DNA of 64,000 nt from Tubiluchus corallicola (Eukaryota; Animalia; Priapulida): the NCBI GenBank assembly GCA_030141605.1, contig JAQGDQ010002402.1, positions 1-64,000 of the forward strand. Reading direction: 5' to 3'. The position numbers and the translations under genes are program-made. This document shows, piece after piece, positions 32,293-42,492 of the stretch. The notes beneath the pieces are model-generated. The model made no database searches and was not told the origin of the DNA. It worked only from the letters and a program-made list of their open reading frames with translations. Within the stretch, counting starts at the first letter, position 1, and every line of letters starts with the position of its first letter.

Positions 32293-32967
32293 ATGGCAGA
32301 GCAAAATACGCACAACCCTGAGCAAAAAAATGTCATACTCTCAAAAGCAGAAGAATTTCTTAACAAAAACAATAGAATATCTTATATTATACTTGGAATT
32401 ATATTAATATTTTCAGCCTATTACGCCTATCAGCACTATTATATAACCCCATTAGAGAAAGAAGCACAAATACAGATATACCCAGTCCAAACCTATTTTG
32501 CACAAGACTCATTCGAGCTTGTACTAAATGGCGATGGAAATAATCTTGGAGCATTAGACATTATCAGCGAATATGGTGGCACAAAAGTAGCCAATCTTTC
32601 TCAATATTATGCAGGTATTTCCTATTTGAATATGGGAGAATATGAAAATGCAATCAATTACCTTAACAAGTTTTCAACAAGCGACTATTTGCTAAAATCT
32701 ATTTCAATAGGAGCTATTGGAGATGCTTATATGAATCTCGACGAACCAGAAAAAGCTCTCAAAAATTTCAAAAAAGCAATACAAACAAATCCTAATGAAC
32801 TAACTACCCCCATATATTTATTAAAAGCAGGCAATGCCAGCGAAGAAGTAGGTAATTACAAGCAAGCCTTAGAGTATTATCAACAACTAAAAAACAACTA
32901 CCAAAATTCAATACAAGCACGAGAAATAGAAAAAGACATAGCCAGAGTAGAACAATATACCAACTAA
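32293..32967 (+). CDS. Membrane-anchored TPR protein
   Basis: N-terminal TM helix followed by TPR helices (YYAGISYLNMGEYENAI; IGDAYMNL). Confidence 0.8.
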   Translation: MAEQNTHNPEQKNVILSKAEEFLNKNNRISYIILGIILIFSAYYAYQHYYITPLEKEAQIQIYPVQTYFAQDSFELVLNGDGNNLGALDIISEYGGTKVANLSQYYAGISYLNMGEYENAINYLNKFSTSDYLLKSISIGAIGDAYMNLDEPEKALKNFKKAIQTNPNELTTPIYLLKAGNASEEVGNYKQALEYYQQLKNNYQNSIQAREIEKDIARVEQYTN

Positions 32968-32969
32968 AA

Positions 32970-33476
32970 ATGGCATCTGAATTAAAAAACCTATCAGATA
33001 ATAAAACTGAAAAGCCCACTTCTGCTAAAGATTACAAAATAGGTATAGTAGTGTCTGAGTGGAACACAGAAATAACACAAGCACTGTACCAAGCTGCATA
33101 CAATACTCTAACAAAACACCAAGTAAGCCCTGAAAATATTATTACCCACCACGTACCGGGTACTTTTGAACTCACACTTGGGTCGCAACTCCTATTGCAA
33201 AATACTAATGCTGATGCTGTCATAGCACTTGGGTGTGTTGTACAGGGTGAAACTAAACATTTCGACTACATCTGTCAAAGTGTAACACAAGGTATTACAC
33301 AACTCAACATCAAATATAAAACACCTACCATTTTTGGAATACTCACCACCAACAACCTACAACAAGCTAAAGACCGAGCAGGAGGAAAATACGGCAACAA
33401 AGGAGATGAAGCTGCTATTACTGCTCTAAAAATGATACAACTCAAAAGAACACTCTGCCCACCTATTTCATTCTAA
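32970..33476 (+). CDS. ribH: 6,7-dimethyl-8-ribityllumazine synthase
   Basis: IVVSEWN, VPGTFEL, GCVVQGETKHFDY, GNKG.EAA. Confidence 0.95.
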   Translation: MASELKNLSDNKTEKPTSAKDYKIGIVVSEWNTEITQALYQAAYNTLTKHQVSPENIITHHVPGTFELTLGSQLLLQNTNADAVIALGCVVQGETKHFDYICQSVTQGITQLNIKYKTPTIFGILTTNNLQQAKDRAGGKYGNKGDEAAITALKMIQLKRTLCPPISF

Positions 33477-33537
33477 AAACAAGACACATAAAGAAACTAC
33501 GAACTACATAGTACAAAAAAGATAAACCAAAACCTAC

Positions 33538-33672
33538 ATATGAGCAGACAACAAAAATATAGCTACGAAAATAAATAGAAATAATGTTTAAATGCCAGTT
33601 AAACATTGTTTAAATACTATTTAAATATACCTTGATGTTGTTTCCTCGTTTTGTCCTTCATTTGTTTTCGAC
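33538..33672. repeat. Direct repeat flanking the LRR locus, left copy (right copy 37535-37671)
   Basis: ACAAAAATATAGCTACGAAA.TAAATAGAAATAATGTTTAAATGCCAGTTAAACATTGTTTAAA present at both sites. Confidence 0.85.
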
Positions 33673-33737
33673 GGTAGAATTATTAGGCTTTATTCTTTAA
33701 ATTAAAATTCTACATAGCAGAATACAAGCGCTTTTAA

Positions 33738-34029
33738 TAAGATAAAAGATAAAAACTAAAAGATAAAAACTAAAAGATAAAAACTAAAAGATAAAAACTA
33801 AAAGATAAAAACTAAAAACTAAAAACTAAAAGATAAAAACTAAAAACTAAAAACTAAAAACTAAAAACTAAAAACTAAAAACTAAAAACTAAAAACTAAA
33901 AACTAAAAACTAAAAACTAAAAACTAAAAACTAAAAACTAAAAACTAAAAACTAAAAACTAAAAACTAAAAACTAAAAGATAAAAGATAAAAGATAAAAA
34001 CTAAAAGATAAAAACTAAAAGATAAAAAA
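33738..34029 (+). repeat. Heptanucleotide microsatellite (AAAAACT / AAAAGAT)n, about 40 units
   Basis: Directly visible tandem array; short versions at 35641-35672 and 37399-37433. Confidence 0.95.
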
Positions 34030-34061
34030 GTCGTGTTGCGTTGTGTGGCACGGCTTTTTTT
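34024..34061. terminator. Bidirectional terminator-like hairpin, repeated at about 35667-35706, 37314-37351 and 37428-37466
   Basis: AAAAAAGTCGTGTTGCG-TTG-TGTGGCACGGCTTTTTT with G-U-tolerant stem and A/T tracts. Confidence 0.7.
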
Positions 34062-34170
34062 GCTTACATTTAAAAAATCATCAAATAAAATTTGCGATTT
34101 ACTATTTTCACATTACTTTTGCTATCTTATAATTATTTTTTTTATCAACATTTTCAAATCATTTATCCTT

Positions 34171-35640
34171 ATGAAAAAAATACATTTATTTAAACAATTA
34201 AGCATCGTTATGTTCTTAGCTGCTATGCTACTGACACATTGCTCTAAGGAAACAGAAAAAATAGAGACAGGGAATGCAAACTCGCAATTGAAAAATACTT
34301 GGCAGGGAGATATTAGTTTGTCTAGCCAAGCTGCGATTGATAGCATTGCTGCATTTGGTATCACTACGATAACAGGAGAGTTGCTCATAGGTATGAAAAA
34401 TGATGGATTTTCTAATATTACCGACCTTACGCCTTTGAGTACTATTACTCACGTAGGAAGCTTGAATATAAGAAGGAATAATAAATTGCGAACTTTAGAG
34501 GGCTTAAGCATAGAGCGTTCCGATGATTTTGTTGCTGTGGCAGTGAATATTGGCTTAACTAATATGAACGGATTAAATAGTTTAACAACCATAAAGGGGC
34601 GTTTTTCTATTAATAACAACAATGGCTTACGAAATTTAGATGGCTTAGAAAACATAAGCTCTGTAGGGGGGAATTTAAACATTACCAACAATAGCATATT
34701 GGACAAGCATGGTTATTGTGGTATACAACCACTATTAGCAGATGGCCAAGTAGTAGGTGCAATAGACATATCGGGCAATAAAGACAACCCAGCAGTAGAA
34801 GAGATATTAGCTATGGACTGTGGCTCTAACCTTTTCTGGGTGCCTGATGATAATTTTAGGACTCAACTAAAATGGATAGTACCTAATGCTTTCACACCCA
34901 ACGATAGCCTGATAACTGACCACCCTGATGTGTTGGCTGCTACGGATATGGATTTGAAATTCAACGCTAATATTTCTTCTTTGGAGGGTGTGCAGTTCTT
35001 TACGGCTTTAAAGCTTTTGAATTGCTCTAGCAACAATATAGATAGTTTGGATATTAGTAGTAATACGGCTTTAATTACTTTGAGATGCAGTAGCAACCAA
35101 CTCCAGAGTTTGGATGTGACTAACAATACGGCTTTAACTTATTTGAATTGCTCTAACAACAACCTCACGAGTTTGGATGTGAGTAGTAATACGGCTCTAG
35201 ATCATTTGGATTGCTCTAACAACAATCTCACGAGTTTGGATGTGAGTCAGGATACGGCTTTAATTCTGTTGTATTGCTATGACAACCAACTCACCAGTTT
35301 GGATGTGAGTAACAATACGGCTTTAATTACTTTGACCTGCGGTAGCAACCAACTCACGAGTTTGGATGTGAGTAACAATACAGTTTTAAGTTGGTTGTTT
35401 TGCAGTTTCAACCAACTTACAAGTTTGAATATGAGCGGGGCTACGGCTTTAACGGACTTGTATTGCTATGACAATAACCTTGATAGTTTGGATGTGAGTA
35501 ACAATACGGCTCTAACGGAGTTGTGGGTAGATCAAACTATAAAATGTGAGCCTTCTATTGTGAGTGTGAATCCGCCTTATTGTTTCTATTGGGATGGGAA
35601 TAGTAGTACTCGTTATTACCCTGCTACGGACTGCCCTTAG
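34171..35640 (+). CDS. Leucine-rich repeat surface lipoprotein, copy 1 (489 aa)
   Basis: Start set to ATG 34171 by identity with copy 2. Lipoprotein signal ending LTHC-SKETE; L-domain-like repeats, then 21-aa LRRs (LxxLxCxxNxLTSLDVSxNTA). Confidence 0.88.
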   Translation: MKKIHLFKQLSIVMFLAAMLLTHCSKETEKIETGNANSQLKNTWQGDISLSSQAAIDSIAAFGITTITGELLIGMKNDGFSNITDLTPLSTITHVGSLNIRRNNKLRTLEGLSIERSDDFVAVAVNIGLTNMNGLNSLTTIKGRFSINNNNGLRNLDGLENISSVGGNLNITNNSILDKHGYCGIQPLLADGQVVGAIDISGNKDNPAVEEILAMDCGSNLFWVPDDNFRTQLKWIVPNAFTPNDSLITDHPDVLAATDMDLKFNANISSLEGVQFFTALKLLNCSSNNIDSLDISSNTALITLRCSSNQLQSLDVTNNTALTYLNCSNNNLTSLDVSSNTALDHLDCSNNNLTSLDVSQDTALILLYCYDNQLTSLDVSNNTALITLTCGSNQLTSLDVSNNTVLSWLFCSFNQLTSLNMSGATALTDLYCYDNNLDSLDVSNNTALTELWVDQTIKCEPSIVSVNPPYCFYWDGNSSTRYYPATDCP

Positions 35641-35814
35641 TAAGATAAAAGATAAAAACTAAAAGATAAAAAAAGTCGTGTTGCGTTGTGTGGCACGGCT
35701 TTTTTTGCTTACATTTAAAAAATCCTCAATTAAACTTGTAATATACTATTTTCACATTACTTTTGCTATCTTATAATTATTTTTTTTATCAACATTTTCA
35801 AATCATTTATCCTT

Positions 35815-37284
35815 ATGAAAAAAATACATTTATTTAAACAATTAAGCATCGTTATGTTCTTAGCTGCTATGCTACTGACACATTGCTCTAAGGAAACAGA
35901 AAAAATAGAGACAGGGAATGCAAACTCGCAATTGAAAAATACTTGGCAGGGAGATATTAGTTTGTCTAGCCAAGCTGCGATTGATAGCATTGCTGCATTT
36001 GGTATCACTACGATAACAGGAGAGTTGCTCATAGGTATGAAAGATGATGGATTTTCTAATATTACCGACCTTACGCCTTTGAGTACTATTACTCACGTAG
36101 GAAGCTTGAATATAAGAAGGAATAATAAATTGCGAACTTTAGAGGGCTTAAGCATAGAGCGTTCCGATGATTTTGTTGCTGTGGCAGTGAATATTGGCTT
36201 AACTAATATGAACGGATTAAATAGTTTAACAACCATAAAGGGGCGTTTTTCTATTAATAACAACAATGGCTTACGAAATTTAGATGGCTTAGAAAACATA
36301 AGCTCTGTAGGGGGGAATTTAAACATTACCAACAATAGCATATTGGACAAGCATGGTTATTGTGGTATACAACCACTATTAGCAGATGGCCAAGTAGTAG
36401 GTGCAATAGACATATCGGGCAATAAAGACAACCCAGCAGTAGAAGAGATATTAGCTATGGACTGTGGCTCTAACCTTTTCTGGGTGCCTGATGATAATTT
36501 TAGGACTCAACTAAAATGGATAGTACCTAATGCTTTCACACCCAACGATAGCCTGATAACTGACCACCCTGATGTGTTGGCTGCTACGGATATGGATTTG
36601 AAATTCAACGCTAATATTTCTTCTTTGGAGGGTGTGCAGTTCTTTACGGCTTTAAAGTGGTTGAATTGCTCTTACACCAATATAGATAGTTTGGATATTA
36701 GTAGTAATACGGCTTTAATTACTTTGAGATGCAGTAGCAACCAACTCCAGAGTTTGGATGTGACTAACAATACGGCTTTAGAGTATTTGAGTTGCTGTTC
36801 CAACAATCTCACGAGTTTGGATGTGACTAACAATACGGCTTTAAATCGTTTGAGTTGCTATTACAACAATCTCACGAGTTTGGATGTGAGTCAGAATACG
36901 GCTCTAGATTATTTGATGTGCCATGACAACCAACTCACCAGTTTGGATGTGAGTAACAATACGGCTTTAAATGTTTTGGGTTGCCGTTCCAACAATCTCA
37001 CGAGTTTGGATGTGAGTAACAATACGGCTTTAAATATTTTGGGCTGCCATTCCAACAATCTCACGAGTTTGGATGTGAGTAAGAATAGAACTTTAACTGG
37101 GTTGGAGTGCTATGAGAACTATCTCACGAGCTTGGATGTGAGTAACAATACGTATTTAGCGTTATTGAAGGTAGATGAGGCTAGAAAATGTGAGCCTTCT
37201 ATTGTGAGTGTGAATCCAAATAATTGTGAGTATTGGAATGGAAGTGAACTCATTAGCTATAACCCTGCTACGGACTGCCCATAG
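35815..37284 (+). CDS. Leucine-rich repeat surface lipoprotein, copy 2 (489 aa)
   Basis: First ~280 aa identical to copy 1 except one N/D change; LRR variable positions differ. Confidence 0.88.
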   Translation: MKKIHLFKQLSIVMFLAAMLLTHCSKETEKIETGNANSQLKNTWQGDISLSSQAAIDSIAAFGITTITGELLIGMKDDGFSNITDLTPLSTITHVGSLNIRRNNKLRTLEGLSIERSDDFVAVAVNIGLTNMNGLNSLTTIKGRFSINNNNGLRNLDGLENISSVGGNLNITNNSILDKHGYCGIQPLLADGQVVGAIDISGNKDNPAVEEILAMDCGSNLFWVPDDNFRTQLKWIVPNAFTPNDSLITDHPDVLAATDMDLKFNANISSLEGVQFFTALKWLNCSYTNIDSLDISSNTALITLRCSSNQLQSLDVTNNTALEYLSCCSNNLTSLDVTNNTALNRLSCYYNNLTSLDVSQNTALDYLMCHDNQLTSLDVSNNTALNVLGCRSNNLTSLDVSNNTALNILGCHSNNLTSLDVSKNRTLTGLECYENYLTSLDVSNNTYLALLKVDEARKCEPSIVSVNPNNCEYWNGSELISYNPATDCP

Positions 37285-37534
37285 TAAGAGAAAAGATAAG
37301 AGAACTAAGAACTAAAAAAGCCGTGTTGCGTTGTGCAGCGCGGCTTTTTTAGTATTTCAGTAATTACCAGTTCTGTGCAGCAGAATACAAGCGCTTTTAA
37401 TAAGATAAAAGATAAAAACTAAAAGATAAAAAAAGTCGTGTTGCGTTGTGCGGCATGGCTTTTTTTAGTTTTTCTTTGTAGGTAGCAAAGGGTATTCTTT
37501 GGTTGGCTTGTATAAGGGGTAAAACAAAATGTAT

Positions 37535-37671
37535 ATATGAGCAAACAACAAAAATATAGCTACGAAAGTAAATAGAAATAATGTTTAAATGCCAGTTAAA
37601 CATTGTTTAAACAATGTTTAAATATACCCTGATATTGTTTCCACGTTTTGCCCTTCATTTGTATTGACAGT
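37535..37671. repeat. Direct repeat flanking the LRR locus, right copy
   Basis: Matches 33538-33672; contains a perfect 26-bp palindrome at 37596-37621. Confidence 0.85.
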
Positions 37672-37734
37672 AGTACATAAATGACAAGCAAACAACAGCC
37701 TACACAGGGGGTTTAAACTCTCTAAAAACGACAT

Positions 37735-37867
37735 AAAAAACACAAAAAAGACTTCAAGAGCCGTATTTTCCTATAAATACCTATATATTAGCAGCTTATG
37801 CTTTTCTCGTAATATAAAAACAAAAAGAATGTAGAAAAAATATGTACATTTTGTTTTGCGGATTATA
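37735..37867. repeat. Dispersed intergenic repeat, copy 2
   Basis: Aligns with 4697-4825; ends TTTTGCGGATTATA. Confidence 0.75.
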
Positions 37868-37882
37868 ATAGAATCATAACTC

Positions 37883-38347
37883 TTAGGCTTTATCCTTAGC
37901 AGCGTACAAGGGCAGCTCTTTTACAAACAAATACTTCCTATTATCATAGTCCAAATAACAATAAAAATGCTCCAAGCCATTGGTAAGCACCATATATTTG
38001 CATTTTAGCTCGAAGCAATACTCCGTTACTTGTTGAAACGATTTTTCATCAATCTTCACACTTGGCGACTTACATTCCACTATTACATTGGGCTGTAATT
38101 TTTTATTAAAACATACAATATCGCAACGAAACATTTTTTTTGACGAAGCCACCCTAAAACCTCGCTCCACAGCCATTAAAGATAAAGGGTAAGCTCTTTC
38201 CTCCATTAAAAAACGTATAAAATTCTGTCGTACCCACTCTTCTGGCGTTAAAGCTACATAGCGTTTTCTTACTACATCGAATATAAAATAGCTTTCTCCA
38301 TCAACTTTCACCCTAAAATTATAATTTGGCAAATTTAATTTAAGCAT
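37883..38347 (-). CDS. Type I restriction HsdR N-terminal domain-containing protein (stand-alone)
   Basis: LTPEEWVRQ, RCDIV, VECK, LTNG; ATG 38347 preferred. Confidence 0.85.
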   Translation of the reverse strand: MLKLNLPNYNFRVKVDGESYFIFDVVRKRYVALTPEEWVRQNFIRFLMEERAYPLSLMAVERGFRVASSKKMFRCDIVCFNKKLQPNVIVECKSPSVKIDEKSFQQVTEYCFELKCKYMVLTNGLEHFYCYLDYDNRKYLFVKELPLYAAKDKA

Positions 38348-38387
38348 AAAAAATAGTAAATTAGCTCCAAAATTAAACAACACACCA

Positions 38388-39155
38388 ATGAAAACAAAAC
38401 AAGACATTGCAAAAGATTGGCTACCACGCTACACAGGTAGAGAAATAGAGGATTTTACACCTTACATCCTGCTCTCTAACTTCAATCAATACGTAGACCT
38501 ATTTGCCAAAAAGTTCAATGTTCAAGCCATTAAAAATGTTAATATGCCCAATGCATCAGCGGAAGGCATCACCATCATTAACTTTGGAATGGGAAGTCCC
38601 AACGCTGCTACTGTGATGGATTTGCTTTCCATTGTACAACCCAAAGCTGTTCTTTTTCTTGGCAAATGTGGAGGTTTAAAAGACAAATACAAAGTAGGCA
38701 GCCTACTACTACCCACCGCAGCCATTCGCAACGAGGGAACATCCAATGCCTACCTCCCACCCGAAATACCAGCCCTGCCTGCATTTAGCTTGCAAAAAGC
38801 AGCATCGCATACTATACGTAAAAACGGACAAGATTACTGGACTGGCACTGTATTTACTACCAATAAAAGAGTGTGGGAATACGATGAAAGCCTAAAACAA
38901 TACCTTGTCACCACGCGTACCACAGCCATAGATATGGAAACTGCTACTATCTTTACCGTAGGCTTCCATAATAATATACCTTCAGGCTCACTATTACTCA
39001 TATCAGACCAACCTATGATTTCTTCAGGAATAAAAACGAGCCAAAGCGACCAAGAAGTTAATCAAAATTATGTAAATTTGCACCTTAAAATAGGAATAGA
39101 ATCTCTCCTTGAAATAAAAAACAACGGAACACCTGTAAAACACTTGAAATATTAA
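38388..39155 (+). CDS. amn: AMP nucleosidase
   Basis: WLPRYTG, NFGMGSPNAA, FLGKCGG, IDMETAT. Confidence 0.88.
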   Translation: MKTKQDIAKDWLPRYTGREIEDFTPYILLSNFNQYVDLFAKKFNVQAIKNVNMPNASAEGITIINFGMGSPNAATVMDLLSIVQPKAVLFLGKCGGLKDKYKVGSLLLPTAAIRNEGTSNAYLPPEIPALPAFSLQKAASHTIRKNGQDYWTGTVFTTNKRVWEYDESLKQYLVTTRTTAIDMETATIFTVGFHNNIPSGSLLLISDQPMISSGIKTSQSDQEVNQNYVNLHLKIGIESLLEIKNNGTPVKHLKY

Positions 39156-39237
39156 ACATCGACATTGAGAAAAAAATAAAAGGAAAAATTTCTGCCTCTT
39201 AACTTTTATTATTTAGTTCTTAGTTTTTTTTAATAAT

Positions 39238-40257
39238 ATGGCAACATACGAACAAATACTTAAAGACCTCCAAAACAACATATACAAACCTATTTATTTA
39301 CTTGCAGGAGAAGAGTCCTATTACATTGACCATATTACCAACTACATTGCAAATAACATTCTCAAAGAAGAAGAAAAACAACTCAACCAAACTACTCTTT
39401 ATGGAAAGGATACCAATATAGATGAAATTATTACATTGGCTCGAAAATTTCCGATGATGACTCAACAGCAAGTCATTATCATCAAAGAAGCACAGTACAT
39501 ACAAAACATAGAAAAATTACTGCACTACGCCAAAGCACCCCAACCTTCGACTATGCTAGTCATCAACTATAAAAATAAAACCTTAGACAAAAGAAAAAAA
39601 GAAACAAAAGAACTGATACAAATTATAGAAAAACAAGGAGCTTTTCTCGAAACCAGAAAACTCTACGACAATAAGATACCAAATTGGATAAACAAACACC
39701 TCAAAGAGAAGGGCTATGATATAGAGCAAAAAGCCACCATCCTACTTGCCGAACATCTGGGCAACGACCTTAATAAAATAGAACAGGAACTACGAAAACT
39801 CACCATTACATTATCTCAAAATCAAACGACCATCACACCCCAACACATAGAAGAAAATATAGGCATCAGCAAAGATTTTAACACCTTTGAACTACAAAAA
39901 GCCCTTGGACAAAGAGACATTTACAAAGCCAACCAAATCATAAAATTCTTTGCTAAAAACGAAAAAAAACATCCTACCACTCTTATTATAGCTTCGCTTT
40001 ACAACTATTTTAGCAAGCTATTTACTCTCTATTTCATTAAAAACAAAAACGATAAACGCAACGTAGCAGCTACTTTAAGAGTCAGTCCTTATTTTATTGA
40101 CGAATACTACAATGCTTCGCGCAATTACCTACCCAAAAAAGTTGCTGACATCATCACCTACTTGCGTCAATACGATATGAAATCGAAAGGTGTTGGGGGA
40201 GGCAACATTTCTTACTATGATATACTCAAAGAAATGGTATATAAAATACTTCACTAA
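39238..40257 (+). CDS. holA: DNA polymerase III delta subunit
   Basis: PIYLLAGEESYYID, FPMM, IGISKDFNTFELQKA. Confidence 0.92.
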   Translation: MATYEQILKDLQNNIYKPIYLLAGEESYYIDHITNYIANNILKEEEKQLNQTTLYGKDTNIDEIITLARKFPMMTQQQVIIIKEAQYIQNIEKLLHYAKAPQPSTMLVINYKNKTLDKRKKETKELIQIIEKQGAFLETRKLYDNKIPNWINKHLKEKGYDIEQKATILLAEHLGNDLNKIEQELRKLTITLSQNQTTITPQHIEENIGISKDFNTFELQKALGQRDIYKANQIIKFFAKNEKKHPTTLIIASLYNYFSKLFTLYFIKNKNDKRNVAATLRVSPYFIDEYYNASRNYLPKKVADIITYLRQYDMKSKGVGGGNISYYDILKEMVYKILH

Positions 40258-41306
40258 TGTTAAAAGCACATTACAAAAAACACACACTACATTTCAAACA
40301 GCCCAGCCAAACCTCGCGCGACACCCTATATACGAAAGACACTTATTACCTATTTATTCATCGTACCGACAACCCAGAAGTTGTAGGCATAGGAGAATGT
40401 TCGACCATAGTTGGTTTAAGCCCAGACCCTATACACAACTACACACAAACATTACACACTCTTTGTAAAAACATCAACAAGCATTTAGAACAACATCAGC
40501 AAAACTTACAGCAATATCCCTCTATCCTTTTTGGACTTGAAACTGCATTACAAGACCTACAAAAAGGGGGCGAAAGAATACTTTACCCTTCTGCTTTTAC
40601 AGATGGGAAAGACTGCATCAGAACAAATGGACTAGTATGGATGGGAGATCATCGCTTTATGCTCAAACAAATACAACAAAAAATAGAACAAAACTACCAT
40701 TGTATCAAAATAAAGATAGGGGGCATAAATTTTGATGAAGAACTCCATCTCATCCGAACCATTAGAAATAAGCACCCAAAAATAGAAATAAGACTAGATG
40801 CCAATGGAGCATACACCCCACAGAACATACAAAAGATATTGCAACAACTTGCTCCTTACAACATCCATTCCATAGAGCAACCTATCAAGCAAGGACAAGT
40901 AAGAGAAATGGCTGACTTGTGCAAAAATATGCCTATACCCATAGCACTGGACGAAGAACTTATCAGCATAAATACCACACAGCAAAAAACACAGCTACTA
41001 CAAACCATACAGCCCCAATACATCATATTAAAACCATCGTTGCTTGGAGGAATTGCACATACACAAGAATGGATTAATTTAGCTAAAAAAAGCAATATAG
41101 GATGGTGGATTACCTCCGCCCTTGAAAGCAATATAGGACTAAACGCCATAGCACAGTACACCTATTGCCTCGCTCCTACCCTCCCACAAGGACTTGGCAC
41201 AGGACAGCTCTACACCAACAATATAGCCTCGCCCCTATATTTAAAAAATGACAACCTATACTACAATAAAGAAAAACAATGGAACATTAGCCTTCTTAAA
41301 ACCTAA
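40257..41306 (+). CDS. menC: o-succinylbenzoate synthase
   Basis: Enolase-superfamily KIKIG, RLDANG, SIEQP, IALDEEL, ILKPSL; next to menE. Confidence 0.88.
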   Translation: MLKAHYKKHTLHFKQPSQTSRDTLYTKDTYYLFIHRTDNPEVVGIGECSTIVGLSPDPIHNYTQTLHTLCKNINKHLEQHQQNLQQYPSILFGLETALQDLQKGGERILYPSAFTDGKDCIRTNGLVWMGDHRFMLKQIQQKIEQNYHCIKIKIGGINFDEELHLIRTIRNKHPKIEIRLDANGAYTPQNIQKILQQLAPYNIHSIEQPIKQGQVREMADLCKNMPIPIALDEELISINTTQQKTQLLQTIQPQYIILKPSLLGGIAHTQEWINLAKKSNIGWWITSALESNIGLNAIAQYTYCLAPTLPQGLGTGQLYTNNIASPLYLKNDNLYYNKEKQWNISLLKT

Positions 41307-41332
41307 ATTATTCTTAATACAGCAAGCAAACA

Positions 41333-42406
41333 ATGCACCTTACTATTAATAACCGCACATACACATCACAACAATTACAACACCTTGCAAAAGACAAACT
41401 TAGCACCCCCACTACACTACAATGGGAGAAACACATCTACACCTTTATCCTGCAATGGTTAGATGATACCCCTCATATAGAAACTCAAACATCAGGCAGC
41501 ACAGGAACACCCAAAACCATACAACTTGCCAAACAACAAATGACCCTCTCTGCACAACGCACCTCCGCACACCTCAAACTAAAAACAGGCGATACAACCC
41601 TACTTTGCCTCCCTGCCAACTACATAGCAGGAAGGATGATGATAGTCAGAGCTATTACACAACAATTTAACCTCATCATCATACCCCCAAGCAGCGACCC
41701 ATTACAACACATCCATCAAAAGATAGATTTTGCTGCAATGATACCGCTACAACTCATCAACACACTTAAACATCCCCAGCACCTCAATTGCATTAAAAAA
41801 CTCATTGTTGGAGGAGGCTCACTACCTCCAAATTTTCTACCACAATTACAAAACCTACAAACCAAAATATACGAAACTTATGGAATGACGGAAACCGCTA
41901 CACACATAGCCATAAAACCTATTAATGGAGAAAACCCACAACCTTTCTTCACCACCTTACAAGGTATAAACATTGATACAGATAATAACAATCAACTTAT
42001 TATCAAAGACACGCAAACCAAGCAAATTCACCACACCAACGACATTGTAAAAACACGCTCCCATACCACCTTTATATGGTTAGGAAGAAGCGATAACATT
42101 ATCAACACAGCTAGCATTAAACTCAATCCCGAAATTATAGAACAGCCAATAGCATATCTTATCAATCAGCCTTATGCCATAAGTAGTATACCTCACCCAC
42201 ACCTTGGAGAAGAAGTTGTACTCGTTGTACAAGACCTGCAATGGAACAAAGCCCAAATACAAGCCATTCAAGAAAAACTAAAACAAACCCTACACAAACA
42301 TCAGGTTCCAAAACGCATTTTATTTGTAAAAAAACTACCCCAAACATCCAATCACAAAATAGACAGAAAAACTCTCAAACAAAAACTTAATAAAATTTAC
42401 AGATAA
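41333..42406 (+). CDS. menE: o-succinylbenzoate-CoA ligase
   Basis: TSGSTGTPK, YGMTET, LGRSDNIIN; context. Confidence 0.85.
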   Translation: MHLTINNRTYTSQQLQHLAKDKLSTPTTLQWEKHIYTFILQWLDDTPHIETQTSGSTGTPKTIQLAKQQMTLSAQRTSAHLKLKTGDTTLLCLPANYIAGRMMIVRAITQQFNLIIIPPSSDPLQHIHQKIDFAAMIPLQLINTLKHPQHLNCIKKLIVGGGSLPPNFLPQLQNLQTKIYETYGMTETATHIAIKPINGENPQPFFTTLQGINIDTDNNNQLIIKDTQTKQIHHTNDIVKTRSHTTFIWLGRSDNIINTASIKLNPEIIEQPIAYLINQPYAISSIPHPHLGEEVVLVVQDLQWNKAQIQAIQEKLKQTLHKHQVPKRILFVKKLPQTSNHKIDRKTLKQKLNKIYR

Positions 42407-42492
42407 TTAGTAACTTTGCAGTGTCAATTTGACAGTATAAACACCTTGGCAAGAAAATTGTAAAAGTAGAACTATACAACTCATAAAACAAA

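Noticed and set aside
33738-34029. Heptamer tract or GLUG/LRR units as CRISPR-like arrays
   Set aside because: The heptamer tract has no unique spacers, and the GLUG/LRR units are in-frame coding repeats.
34033-34170. 46-aa N-terminal extension of LRR copy 1
   Set aside because: It starts inside the hairpin; identity with copy 2 and the lipoprotein signal place the start at 34171.
35000-37284. LRR variation as a diversity-generating retroelement
   Set aside because: No reverse transcriptase or template repeat in the window, and differences include third-position and non-adenine-type changes (CTT/TGG, ACT/GAG). Cannot be excluded genome-wide.
37883-38347. HsdR N-terminal domain protein as part of a restriction or defence system
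   Set aside because: No hsdM/hsdS or helicase domain is present; the stand-alone gene beside amn/holA is a usual Bacteroidota arrangement.
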